DNA of 64,000 bases from the human T2T-CHM13v2.0 reference genome, Homo sapiens: assembly GCF_009914755.1 (NCBI RefSeq), contig NC_060937.1. One strand, 5' to 3'. The translations under genes and the position numbers were made by a program. The notes beneath the pieces were generated by a model. It had not been told where the DNA came from, did not search any database, and saw nothing but the letters and a program-made list of their open reading frames with translations. Of the stretch, positions 42,379 through 59,979 are shown piece after piece (the stretch's first letter is position 1; each line of letters begins with the position of its first letter).

Positions 42379-43229
42379 GTAGGTACTCTAAATCTGTTCT
42401 TTTATAAAATTATTTTGGAAAGTATAGTTCCATTTACTTATTCATATGAATTTGAGAATCAACTTGTCTATTTTTATGAAGAATCCTATTGTGACTTTGA
42501 TTGGTGTTCTGTTAAGTCTATAAATCAGTTTGGTATGTTTGTCATCTTAATCATTTTGAGTCTTCCAAATTCATTAATATGATATGTCTTTATAATTATT
42601 TCTATTTCTTTCATATATTTCACCAATAATTTAAAAATTTTAGCATATATTTTCTGTACATATTTACTTAAGATTACTTTCTCATGGAGCAGAGCTCATG
42701 AAATGATGACACATTATGTTTTTGTTTTTATTCTTCATTACTAGTTAACAGAAAGATGACAGTATTGTGTATATTGATCTTATGTCTTGTGACATTGCTC
42801 AATTTAGTTATTTCTTCCAAGATATTGCTTAAATAGATGCTCTTAAAATTTTCTATATTGACAATTATGTTTTCTGTGAATAGGCATCATTTTATTTATT
42901 TATTCCTTTACAATCTGAATACTTTGATTTCTATTTCTTGACTTACTGCCTGTGATAGAACTTTCAGTATGGTAATAAATAAGAGTGGTGAGAGAAATCC
43001 TTGCCTGTCAGGGAAAACAACACTTTATCTTTCCCCATTATATATGATATCAGCTATAGATTATTTATAGATTTTTCACACTAATTGAATGTTTATTTTG
43101 CGTTCTCATTTGCTCAGTTTTTGCCATCAATGGATATCAAATATTGTCAGATATTTTTCTGCATCTATTGATATAATCATATTCATTTTATAAGATCAGT
43201 TATATCATGAAATGCATTGACTTTTTAGT

Positions 43230-43397
43230 TACCCCTACCCTGAATACAAATTTCCACTTTTCTGTAATGTATTCAGAGTTGAGTCTAATCTCTCTTCATT
43301 ACTGCAAAATCCCATGGCAGTAGTTCCTACAGCTATCATCATAGTTCTGAGTAAAGTCTGATTTACCACTTTAACAAGTGTCATAGTTTTTTCAACA
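43230..43397 (+). mobile_element. MER31-like ERV1 LTR 3' fragment
   Basis: Reads gtattcagagttgagtctaatctctc...actgcaaaatcccatggcagtagttcctac...ttaacaagtgtcat...caaca. Confidence 0.65.
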
Positions 43398-44193
43398 CCT
43401 GTGCTATGTGCATATTATTGAAAATCACTCTCTCTCTACAAGAAATCATTCTTCTGTTTACTATTTCCCAAATTCTTGTTATCTTGGTCAGCGTGTGTTG
43501 TATCAGAGGTCAGAGGGGTATTACGAGCTGTTGTGTTACCAGAGTGGCATTTGTGGGTTGTTTGTTTGAGATTATCCAAAACCAAACTGGAGGATCTGCT
43601 GCCAACTGCAGTTATGTAACCTGGACCTGTGAACTTTAGATGCATAGAATAAACAGGATCTTAGAAGACTAATGCTACCTTTTCTCATCTTTTAATTTTA
43701 TATTACTTGTGCGATAAATTGCCTGTAATTAATATGTTAATTTTACTGTAATTTTTGTTAAGTTTGGAGAATTTTATGTATTGTAAGATATTTTACATTT
43801 GTCCTGATTTTGCCACAACATGGATTTGAAGGACTCCAGTATGAAATAATACTTTTAATACCACAAAAAAAAAAGCAATTGCTGTCTCAGGTATTGTTTT
43901 ACACCAAAGATATGATAAGCAAAACATTGTGTACTACAAAATGACTGCTTCCTGTCCACTCTTCAAAACCTTTTAAAAATGTCTTTTGTGGCCCACTCTA
44001 ACCAGAAAAAAGAAATTCTGAAAAAATGTAATTCGGAAATTCACTTTGCTAAATTAGCTCATTACAAAACCATGATACAATATATGCTTTCGTATGTTAA
44101 CCATGTTAACCTTTTTTTACAGTTTAATTTTTAGCTTTTTAAAATTTTCTACTCTAAACACAACTACAAGCTTTCTGATATCTAAATATTTCT

Positions 44194-45905
<1,712 letters not shown>

Positions 45906-45909
45906 TGGT

Positions 45910-46778
45910 GCCCTTAAACTACACTAGATTTTTTAAAATATTTTTTCCTTTTTCAGTAGTACATTAATCTTACAACTTTTTTACTCTCTCGCTAAATTTT
46001 TTTTACTATTTTATTCCTTTGTTATAACACTTAGCTTAAAACACACAATTGTGGTGCTGAACAAATATATTTTCTTTCTTTATATTCTTACTGTATTGAC
46101 TTTTTTATATTCTTTAATTAATTAATTAACTTATTTTACTTTTTAAAATTTTTGTTAAAAAGTAAGACAGAAACACACATATTAGCTTAGGCCTACACTG
46201 TGTTAGGATCATCAATATCCCTGTCTTCTGACGGATTTCCACTCTATTGTGATGAAAAGATTTGAAAGATCTTTTTTTGAACTTCCAAGAAATTTCATTT
46301 ACTATTTAAAAAAAACAAAAAAAAAAATCCCTGTCTTCTACCTCTGCATCTCCAGAGGCAATACCACGCATGGAGTAGTCATCTCTATGACAACAATGAC
46401 TTCTGGAATACCTCTTGAAGGACATGCCTGGGGAGGTTTTATAGTTAACATCTATAAGTAGAAAGAGTACACTCAAAATAACAATAAAATGTACAGTATA
46501 ATAAATACATAAACCAGTAACATAGTTGTTATCATTATTAAATATTACATACTGCACATAATTGTATGTGCTATACCTTTATAAGACTGGTGGCACAGTA
46601 GGTTCATTTACATCATTATCACCACAAACACAGGAGTAATGTGTTGCACTATGACCTAATGCAGCTACAATGTCACCAGGCAATAGAAATTTTTCAGTTC
46701 CATTATAATCTTATGGGAGCAGAGACTTATATGTGGTGCATCATTGACAAAAACGTGGGTATGTGGTGCATGACTGTA
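45910..46778 (-). mobile_element. Tigger3 (Golem)-derived DNA transposon fragment
   Basis: Contains cacttagcttaaaacacac, cattagcttaggcctacac and ccattataatcttatggga. Ends in the TIR-like atgtggtgcatgactg followed by TA. Confidence 0.85.
46230..46326 (+). pseudogene. Short retroposed RNA fragment of unknown source (78 nt plus poly(A))
   Basis: 13-bp perfect TSD atccctgtcttct at 46217-46229 and 46327-46339. A tail at 46308-46326. The insert interrupts the Tigger3. Confidence 0.8.
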
Positions 46779-47344
46779 CATATTAAAATTATTAGTTTTT
46801 CGGAAACTACAATTTAATAGCAAACTAATTCAAAATAGTAACTAAACAAATCAATGATCTAAAACATATTTGTTTTTATGGTAATATTAGTTAAACAAAG
46901 GAAGAAAATGTTGGACCTATGTGACAATATGTTTGATTTGTCAAAACTGATGTTTCTTCTGGACATTATATTCGATGGTTGGACAAAATATTTTAATATT
47001 AATTAGATATATTAGCTTATTAATGTATTTAAAAATTTTAACAAGTGGCATTAATGATTGTGTATGTTTTAAATAACTGATAAGGAAAGCTGAATAATTT
47101 TTCTTAATTTCAAAAAGTTTTGTGATATATAGATTTATTACCCAAAATTACAATTTTTTTTGTCAAACGTGAACTGATTTTTGATAACTGAAAAAAGTGG
47201 TCATTTTAGATTTTCAAAAGCAAAGCTCTTCATTCAAGTAAAATTACACAGACAAATTTATTGTGAAACAATAAATGTTCTAAGCATGAACATGGGAAAA
47301 AAACATATGTGTATAAAACTTTGAGAACTTTATTATTTAAAATT

Positions 47345-47496
47345 ATGGAGACCTATTGAACAGCATCGTGGCTATAGTCAATAATAAAATATTCTCTCCA
47401 TACCAGTACATAATATGTATATAAAGATCTGTTAATTAAGTATATAATAGCTTGATTTCATTATTTCGCAATATATATATGTACATCAAAACATCA

Positions 47497-47497
<1 letters not shown>
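47345..47497 (+). mobile_element. L1MA 3'UTR fragment
   Basis: Reads ggagacctattgaacagcatcgtggctatagtcaataata...agcttgatt...tacatcaaaacatca. Confidence 0.6.
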
Positions 47498-49315
<1,818 letters not shown>

Positions 49316-51139
49316 GAGAACCTGTGCTACTTTACACAAATATTTATGATACTAGTGTATAAAATTATCTCCTAAATTGACTCAGGCAAACAATTCAACT
49401 TTTCTATTAATCCATGCACTCATTTATGTTATTTATTAGTGTAATTATTTAATATATACATGTTTATAAACACAAAAGGCTAAAACAGTATTCATTGTTT
49501 TTCACAAGTAATATTATCATCAAGATTTCTTAACCACAAAGGCTTCAGCATAAAAATATTCATAATTCCCATAAGATTAAAAACTCGACTTTCATCAAAC
49601 CTTAAGTTATGTTTTTAAAACATTATAATTTTCTAGGGAGAGTTAATTTGAAATATCCAATATTTGTTAAAGATATAAATAGCAAATATAAGCATACATG
49701 TTTATATATGATTTTATTATTTGTATGCTCTTTTTTGTTAAATAAAACAATTAACATTGAGATGTTTCCTAATTACTTAAAACAAATCAAAAGATGGTAC
49801 CTCATAGTAATTTTATTTTCATGAACTATTCTTATAACATTGTGGTCTTTTTGTTTTACTCTTTTCTGAAACATTCTTGTATCAGTCAGTTTAAGCAGAA
49901 AAAATTGAAAATACTTTAAACAAAGGAAATAGGTTTCCTTTTTTATGTAAATTATGATCTGTTGGTAATGGCCTTTTTTGCTATGTTTTGAATGATTTTT
50001 GGGTTGTGTCCAGGCTCAAAAGGAAATGATGCTGTGATCGATTTTCCAACAGGATTTTCCAGTTTTTACAGAGTGACATTATATGATGTATACGCCTTGA
50101 GGCAGTTTTTTTTTTAAAGGCAGAATTGCTGCATTTGAAAGAAGATAAACTCCTGACCATAATTGATTTGTCATTCTTATTTTTCCGTTTCTTGGAGTGT
50201 CTAAAGAACTGTTTTTAGGAAGGTATAATCTCAAATTTATCTCTAGTTGATATTAAATTATGTAAATAAAATAACCCAAACTGTTAAAAGCAATGTGATC
50301 AGATGTACCTTTTATATACATGTATATTATGTGTACATATACATATCTATACACATATGTGGCTCTTTATTGCACTTGGACTGTGTTATAGCAGTTAAAA
50401 GGTCACTGTGTTCAGCCTAAAATCTATGTAACATCTTTCTGAGCTTCCTTCCAACATTTTACTTACAGTGCTGTAGAAGAGTAGTGTCCATAGCTTTCAA
50501 TTAAAGCTTGTAATTCTTGGAAAAAATTAACTTTATTTTTGAACCCCAGGAGTTTTTATAAATAATAAATAACTAAGCAGTTTTCAATAAAAAATGTACT
50601 CAATCAAAGAAAAAGTAGCAGTAGGTGGGGATCAGCAGAAAAAAATAAAAATATTGTTAACAGATTAACCAGGGCTACAGATCTATAGATACTAGGCATA
50701 AACACCATATATTAAATATTTGTATTTTTTTAAAAGGCAAGCTTTAAAATATTTTTAGTGAAAAGAACTGCATAAAAATGAGCATCCCAAATGAGTATGC
50801 TTGATAAAGTATTAAATGGACCTAAAAATTTAAAAAATGTATTAAAGGATTTAGACTTCTCCTGATGGCACAATAGTTTGTGTAGAATTAATAAGGAAAG
50901 AGAAAAATTAGAAAGTGGACTAAAAGGAAAACAAAAGTAGACAAGTCTCATCTGCTTGGGAGCATCAGAGGGAGTTAACATGACAGTGAAAAATTATCTA
51001 AGCAGGAGCTAGGAGATGATGGAATACAGGCAGGTCAGGCGAAATTTGGGAGTGGTTTATACCCTCACGACTTTGTCAAATTATACAGTATATGGCTGAA
51101 AAGCTGAGGTCGCTGAGATCAGCCTTCTGAGGCTAGTGC

Positions 51140-51355
51140 AGGATTTCTAAGCCTCAGTGCTATTTACATTTTGGACTAGATAATTCTTTGTTGACCTGGG
51201 TGGGGGATGCCCTGTGATTTGTATGATGATTAGCAATACTCCTAGCCTCTACCCATTAGATTACAGCAACATTCTCCCAATTGTGACAACCAATCAAATT
51301 GTCTCCAGGCATAGTCAAAATTTTCTTGGGGTTGTAGAGAAGAAGTGTGAAAACC
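51140..51355 (+). mobile_element. MER20 (hAT-Charlie MITE)
   Basis: Reads tttctaagcctcagtgctatttacattttggactagataattctttgttg...cctctacccattagat...ttgtgacaaccaa...gtctccag. Confidence 0.85.
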
Positions 51356-51724
51356 CCTCAGCCCTCACATCCAACTCCCACACTCTCTGCCCCCAGTTTC
51401 CCCATCTCCTGCTTATTCCAGCCACTGGGCTAGAGGGACAGTTGTTGAAATCCAGGGCCCACCAAAAGAAGGGTCACTAGCGTAATCTTCTTGTTTCAGA
51501 ATAGAAAGGCAAAGGGTTGCACCCTAAGAAACAGGGAACTAAAAATTCACAGGCTGTTTTAGACAGTTTGCTCCATTCCAAATCACCTCAATGCCTTGCT
51601 GGTTTGAAGTGTCCCCAGATGTCTAGTGCAAATTGGCAAATAGCTGAGAAAAGATTTAAAGTCTTCTATGAAAGAAAATAGCATTAAATTAAACCTCAAA
51701 ATGTTTCTACAAACATAATTTTTA

Positions 51725-53110
<1,386 letters not shown>

Positions 53111-53179
53111 ATCTAAGTCTATATTATCGATAATATATATTATATATAGGAATATATATAGTCTATATTATCTAAGTCT

Positions 53180-53600
53180 TTATCCTTCTCTTCTACTTTA
53201 TTTATAGTCTAATAGTTGTTATTTTGTTCCTTCTGCTAACTTTGGACTAAGTTTTTTTTTTTTTTTTTATCACTCCTCGAGGTATAAAGTTAGGTTTGCT
53301 GGTTGAGGTCTTTCTCCTTTTTAAATGTAGGCATTTATCACAATAAGCTTCCCTCTTAGTACTGCTTTTGCTGAATCCCATAAGCTTTGGAATGTTGTGC
53401 TTCATTTTCCTTTGTCTGGAAGTGTTTTCTAGTTTCGCTTTTTTCAGTGGTTGTTCAAAAGTAAGAGGGTCAATTTCCACGTCTGTGCATTTTCTAGTTT
53501 TCCTTCTCTGTTAGTTTCTAGTTTATTCCATTATGGTCGGAATAGATACTTGCTATGATTTCAATCTTCTTAAATTTATTAAGACTTGCTTTGCGATGCA
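53180..53600 (-). mobile_element. L1M ORF2 antisense fragment
   Basis: Reads ataagcttccctcttagtactgcttttgctgaatcccataag...gatttcaatcttcttaaatttattaagactt. Confidence 0.75.
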
Positions 53601-53656
53601 CATATAACTACACATATATATTATAATTAGATAAACATAATTGTATATATTTCTAA

Positions 53657-53956
53657 TTTTTGTTTGTTTTGTTTTAGACGGAGTCTTGTTCTTGTTGCCC
53701 AGGCTGGAGTGCAGTGGTGCAATCTAGGCTCACTGCAACGTCCACCTCCTGGGTTCAAATGATTCTCCTGCCTCACCCTCCTGAGTAGCTGGGATTACAG
53801 GTGCCCGCCACCACACCCAGGAATTTTTGTATTTTTAGTAGAGACAGGGTTTCACCATGTTGGCCAGGCTGGTCTTGAACTTCTGACCTCAGGTGATCCA
53901 CCCGCCTCGGCCTTCCAAAGTGCTGGGATTAAAGGCATAAGCCACCGCACCCAGCC
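53657..53956 (-). mobile_element. AluSq/Sx
   Basis: Antisense dimer containing cttgttgcccagg and cctcaggtgatcc. Confidence 0.95.
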
Positions 53957-53959
53957 AAT

Positions 53960-54155
53960 TCTTTTTTTTATTTTTTGTTTTGGTAAGAACACTTAAGATG
54001 TACTCTTAGCAAATGTCAAGTATGCAATAAAATTATTATTAACCATATTTATCATGTCGTACATTAGATCTCTAGAACTTATTCATCTTGCATAACTGAA
54101 ACTGTATCCTTTTGAGGTGAAGGGCGAAAATAGTGAGTTGTTGATCAAAGGGTAT
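53960..54155 (-). mobile_element. L1MA (9-like) 3'UTR fragment with a short inverted 5' piece
   Basis: Antisense at 53960-~54115 (ctcttagcaaatgtcaagtat...cttattcatcttgcataactgaaact), then sense ggtgaagggcgaaaatagtgagttgttgatcaaagggta. Confidence 0.72.
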
Positions 54156-54875
54156 GTCCACAATTTCATTCTAAAATCAAGACAACACTTATTTTAAGAT
54201 TTGATCATGTTGCATTTCACTGCTTGAACTTATCTGTAGCCAAGTATGGGTCATTATTGCCCAGGCTTTAGTTATTCACCCACTTTGTTTACTGGGGAAA
54301 AATGACTAGTACTATTAGTTCAAAATGTGGGATGAAATCTATTTGCATAGCTACCACTGTCCATTGCCTTATCTTTTTCCTGCTTCTAGAGCTGCTGCAG
54401 ATCCCCTGGGCCTGCTTAACTTAGAATGTTGTACAGAACATGTTCTGTTTTTCTCTAAATAGAGACAGCACAGACCAATTTTGTTTAAAACAATGTACAA
54501 AATATAAAGATAATTTAAGGTATAAAAGGGAGGGAAATAAGACCTAAAGCAGTATGTTAAATGTGAGATGCCTCTCTAGATTTTAGAATGATGCCTATGA
54601 GTTAGAATTATTCCATGTGAACACATTTCCCCAACCATAGGTTTTCTGATATTGACATGGCTAAATTGTTCTCACTGATGACCCTTTTAAAATAGAAATA
54701 CTTTAGCTTTTAAAAAAATGTAGAAACAGTGTGATCTTTTTAAATTCACATTTGTTCAACCTTATGATAAGAAATGGCTATAATTTAAACTTCCATTTAA
54801 AATTTAGGAAAGTATCTTTGGCAAAATGTATTTCTTTATTCTCATTTTATCTTTTTCTTTCATTCGAAGCACATT

Positions 54876-55393
54876 TGTTTCAGCGTGAATTGTATCTCCA
54901 CCAAAAGATATATCAAAGGCCAAACATCCAGTGACTCAGAATTTGACCTTATTTGGAAATAGGGTCATTGTCATTGTAGATGTAATCAGTTAAGATGGGG
55001 TAATAACTAGAGAAATAGGGTCACGACAGATGTAATTAGTTAAGATGGGGTAATAACTGGAGTAAGGTGGGCACTTAATCTAATATGGCTGGTCCTTGTA
55101 AGAAGAGAAATATGGACACAGACACAGACACAGGGAAGAGGATCATAAGAAGATAGCGGTAGAGAGTGGAGTTGTACTGCACAAGTCAAAGAATGTCTAG
55201 GTCTACTAGCAGGTAAAAGAAGCTAGGAAGAATCCAACTCTCATGATTTTAGAGAGAAGGTGGTCCTGACAACAATTGACATTGAAATTTAAATTTCTAG
55301 CCTCCTTAACTGTGAGAGAAGAAATTTTTGTTCTTTTAAAGTATCTAGTTTCTTGTACTTTGCTATGATAGTTAAAAAAAAATAACTAATGCA
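54876..55393 (+). mobile_element. MLT1B/C LTR with an internal ~50-bp tandem duplication (54956-55061)
   Basis: Reads tgaattgtatctccaccaaaagatat...gaccttatttggaaatagggtc...ttctagcctccttaactgtgagagaagaaattt...aactaatgca. Confidence 0.87.
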
Positions 55394-57190
55394 ACCTCTA
55401 ACTGTATATCTCCCTTTTTTAAATTTAGTTACTCTATAGAGAAAAAAATTACCAGTTTTTTCTCATAAATATACTGTATGGATGAAATGTATTTATCCTT
55501 TGAAGCAGAAGAGGTGTCTCAATCATGATGATAAAGGGAGAAATTGTAGAATTAAAAAGGGCATCTTGAAAAAGGCCAAAAATATCTAGTCCAGCTTCAA
55601 ATTATTGCATTCAGATTTTCTTGCTTTCCAATGTAATATAAAGTTTCTGATTGTGTATGTGACAATTAGGGCAATGACATTACTTAGTATAATTAAACTA
55701 CTCCAAAATATATGTAGATAAGGTCCAAACATTTATACTGGTTGCAAAATGAATTCTTAGCAGGTGTTTTACATTTTCACTTGCATGGAATTGTCAAATT
55801 TAAGGAGAAAATAGGTAACTCACTCACTATTGGTGTCTTAGTCATGATGTTATTCAATTATTCATCATGCCACCATTTCAGCTGATAGAAAGGTGTTAGA
55901 TTCTCTCTTTTAAAAAATCAAATCCCTGATCTATCAAACAAACACATCTTCTGTCTTTTTCTATGCCACCAGTCTTGCAGAAACTTCTAACTATCCTTCT
56001 ATGAATCAAGAAAGTAATACCCAAGAGCAATTCTTCTCCCACTTCAACTGTCAGGAAAGATAACAGTTGACAGAGCAGTAGCTAAAACATACTCTGTATA
56101 TATTTGAAGTATCTTAAATCAACCATGGTTTACTGCATATTGCTGCTGTGTCCATATGTCTGAAAAAGCCCAATGGCCTTGATGTAGTTAAATAAATATT
56201 ATTTACCTATACAAGAGATTACAGACAAACACACATAAAAAATACAACTTGTGTCAAAAGACCGGACTTCATTTATTATTTTGTCATGTGACAATCAGTA
56301 CAGGGCTTAAATATCACTGCAGTCCAAATGACACAATAAATTTGCCTCACATAGATAAAATAAGAAAGAAGTTTTGAGTCACGGATCCTGCTAAATATTG
56401 TTTAAAGTGTGTTTGTTAGTGTTCATTTGAATCAACTAAGGGAGGAATACACATTTGCTTTCTAACTGTACAGCTCACATTAAAAGTATTCACTTGAAAG
56501 TATCATGTACTTTAACATGAAAGTGCCACTTATTACATAGTTGAACCATGTTTATTTTAAAATATTTTCCCTAGATTTTTTTCTTTCTGTTGCTTTTTCT
56601 ATGTTGGTCCTTCCACTAGTGGTATAGTTAAACATTAAGCTTCAGCATAATATGCATCTGCTTGTCTTGATTCCTGCTTTGTAAATGTTTAATTTTCATT
56701 CTGTTCTGTCTTCTGAAACAATATTTAATCTAAAAATTTTCAGAGGTTGAATATGCATAATGCAGTAATCACACAGTTTAACATTTTCTAGCAGAAAGAT
56801 CAAGTGACACACCATTTATACTAAATATATAGATTTCTTTCCTATGCTTGTCATCATGAAAACTCTTAAGATTGGGATAAGTGATAAAAGCAATTCTCTG
56901 TCAGTTGGGATAATTTTTCATATCTTTTAAATCACAGTACTCCTTAGTGATAAAACTAAACTTACAAGGTTAAGAATTAATTTTTAGGCTGCTAGCAAGT
57001 AAGTGTTTTACTTTACTTCCTAGATAAATATTAATAGAAAAATATTCTTTTAAAGTTTTAGTCTACAAGGACAGACTCTATCTTAATGAAAGAATAAAAA
57101 CAAGTGTATACCAAAAACATGAAATTAAGTGATATCAAATTTAAACTTAGGAAATTTAAATGTGAAGATTCTTAGCTAGATATCACAGTA

Positions 57191-59448
57191 CAGACATATC
57201 TCAGAGATGCTGAGTTCAATTTCAGACAACTACAATAAAGTGAAGATTACAATAAAGTAGGTACACAAATTTTTCAGTTTTCTAATGTGTACAAATGTGT
57301 CTTTATAGTATTCTGAAGTATATTAACTGAGCAATAGCATAATGTCTAAAACTATGTACATGTCTTAATTAAAAAATACGTTATTGCTAAAAAAAGCTAA
57401 TGATCATCTGAGTCTTCATTTAACCTAATCATTCTGCTGGTAGAGTGTCTTGCCTTGAGGTTGATGGCTGCTGATGGATAAGGGTGGTGGTGCTGAAGGT
57501 AAGGATGGCTGTGGCAATTTCTGAATATAAGACAATAATATTTGTGACAGCAATTGACTCTCCCTTTCATGAAAGATGTATCTAGCATGTGTTACTGTTT
57601 CATAGCATTTTACCCACATAACTTCTTTAAAAATTGGTATCCATCTTCTCAAGCCAGGTTGATCAATTAAGTTTATGTAATATCCTCAATCCTTTGTTGT
57701 CATTTCCACAATGTTAACAGTATCTTCACCAAGGGTAGATCCCATCTCAAGAAACCACTTTTTTACTAATTTATAAGAAGCAAATCCTTATGTGTTAAAG
57801 TTTTATCATAAAATTACAGCAATCTAGTCACATCTTTAGGCTCTACTTCTAATTCTAGTTATCTTGTTATTTCCACTAAATCTGGAGTTACTTCCTTCAC
57901 TGAAGTTTTGAACTCTACAGTCATCATCCACTCTGCAAATTCCTGTTCATATTTTGGTCTTCTTTCATGAATCATGGGTGTTCGTAATGTAACCTCCTGA
58001 ACATTTTAATTTGAGTTCTTGCGTTACTAAGTATATTGCCATTGATCGGTAATATTTTCAATGGGATCTTTTCATGTTCTGAGCAGTAGGTCTCAACAGT
58101 GGGCTTAAAATGTTCAGTAAACTGTGATATAAACAGATGTGGCATGATCTGGGCCATTTTTCTTCCATTTGGGCCATTATTGTTCCATTTATAGAGCACA
58201 GGCAGAGTAGATTTAGCATAATTCTTAAGGGCCCTAGAATTTTCAGGATGGTAAGTGAGTACTGGCTTCAACTGAAAGTCACCAGCTGCATTAGCCCCTA
58301 GCAAGAGAGTCATCCTGGTTTTTGAAGTTTTGTAGCCAGGCATTGACTTCTTCTCTCTAGCTATGAGGGCATTAGAAGACATCATTTTCCAATAGAAGGC
58401 TGTCTTGTCTACACTGAAAATCTGCTGTTTAGCATAGCCACTTTCATCAATTATCTTCGCTAGATCTTCTGCATAACTTGCTGCAGCTTCTACCTCAGCA
58501 CTTGCTGCTTCACGTTACACTTTTATGTTACAGCAATGGTTTCTTTTTTGAAACTTTATGAGCAAACATCTGCTGGATTAAAACTTTTCTTCTGCAGATT
58601 CCTCAGCTTTCTCTCTGTATAGAATGAAAAAGAGTTAGGGCTTTTGTCTGGATTAAGATTTGGCTTCAGGGAATGATGTGGCTGGTATGATATTTTATCC
58701 AGACACACTAAATCTTTCTCTATATCAGCAATAATGCTGTTTCCCTTTCTTTTCATTTATGTGTTCACTGGTGTAACACTTTTATTTTTTTCAAGAACTT
58801 TCTGTTGGCATTAACAGCTGTGTTTTTTGGTACAAGAGACCTAGCTTTCAGCCTGCCTGTTTTCTGCATGTCTTCCTCACTGAACTTAATCATTTCTAGC
58901 TTTTGATTTAAAATGAGAAGCATGTGACTTTTCTTTTCACTTGAAGAGTTAGAGGCCATTGTAGGGTTATTAACTGGCCCAACTTCAATATTGTTGTGTA
59001 TTTTCTCACTTGAAGACTTAGAGGGTGCTGTAAGATTACAAATTGGCCCAATTTTAATATTGTTCATCTCAGGAAATAGAAAGGCTCAAGAAGTGGGAGA
59101 GAGGTGGGGGAATGGCTGGCCAGCAGAGCAGTGAGAACACACACCACATTTATTGATGAAGTTCACAGTCATATGGGTGGAGGTTTGCAGCTCCCCAAAC
59201 AATCACAACAATGCCACCAAAGATCAGTGATCACAGAACATGATAAAAATATCATAATAATGAAAAAGTTTGAAATATTATGAGAATTACCAAAATGTGA
59301 CAGAAAATCATGAAGTGAGCACATAATGTGGGAAAAATAGTTCCAATAGATTTGCCAAACACCAGGTTGCCACAAACCTTCACTTTGTAAAAAACACAGT
59401 ATCTGCAAAGTTCAATAAAGCAAAGTACAATAAAACAAGGTATTCCAG
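57191..59448 (-). mobile_element. Near full-length Tigger1 DNA transposon with a decayed transposase
   Basis: Both TIR-like ends are present (TA|cagacatatctc...; ...aataaaacaaggtattccag). Length is ~2.26 kb, with transposase ORF fragments on the minus strand. Confidence 0.92.
57972..59067 (-). pseudogene. Tigger1 (pogo/CENP-B-like) transposase remnants
   Basis: ORF 57972-58385 ([42 protein letters not shown]) is DDE-region-like. ORF 58765-59067 (LNQKLEMIKFSEE) is N-terminal HTH-like. The reading frame is broken between them. Confidence 0.85.
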
Positions 59449-59787
59449 TTGATCAGAAAGGGACATTGAAAACATTTTTAAGATAGTAGTTTTAGTTTTA
59501 GTATTGACATCCTTAATGCTTATATATTACATATTAGCAATAATTTTTTAAATGGGAGGTATTTATTTATAATTATAAGCAGGATCCTGGCATATGAATA
59601 CCTAAGTCATGATCATTACTTATATGATTAACAAAAACAGAGTCTTATTAGACCGTGTGTTAAGGAGTAAATCTGGAAGCTTTTGTAAAACTCACATATA
59701 TTCAGGAGGCTAGTCTTTTCTATAGTTCTTTTTATGGTTTTAAAGTTTGAATACATACAAAATAAGATTTAAAAAACAGGGTGGCTA

Positions 59788-59979
59788 CAGAAACCCTGTC
59801 TCTCCTAAAAGTACAAAATTAGCTGGGCGTGGTGCTGCATGCCTGTAATCCCAGATACTAGAGAGGCTGAGGCAGGACAACTGCTCGAACCCAGAGGCAG
59901 AGGTTGTGGTGAGCTGAGATCACACCATTGCACTCCAGCCTGGGCAACAAGAGCAAAATTCCATCTAGAAAACAAAACA
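59788..59979 (+). mobile_element. 5'-truncated AluSp/Sq
   Basis: Starts cagaaaccctgtctct and includes the right arm. TSD aaaaaacag(g/c)gtgg(c/t)ta at 59771-59787 and 59980-59996. Confidence 0.9.

Larger units (their letters stand above)
40485..43225 (-). mobile_element. Old L1M (L1MC/L1MD-like) antisense fragment, interrupted by an MLT1
   Basis: Antisense 3'UTR and ORF2 motifs (ggaagctgccaaactgtttt; aataagagtggtgagagaaatccttgcc). Confidence 0.75.

Noticed and set aside
46230-46307. Calling the orphan insert a C/D-box snoRNA retrocopy
   Set aside because: A gtgatga motif is present but sits 20 nt inside. There is no 3' CTGA box D and no terminal stem, so I left it unassigned.
57191-59448. 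Domesticated TIGD-like gene
   Set aside because: The transposase is split by multiple stops and frameshifts, consistent with neutral decay.
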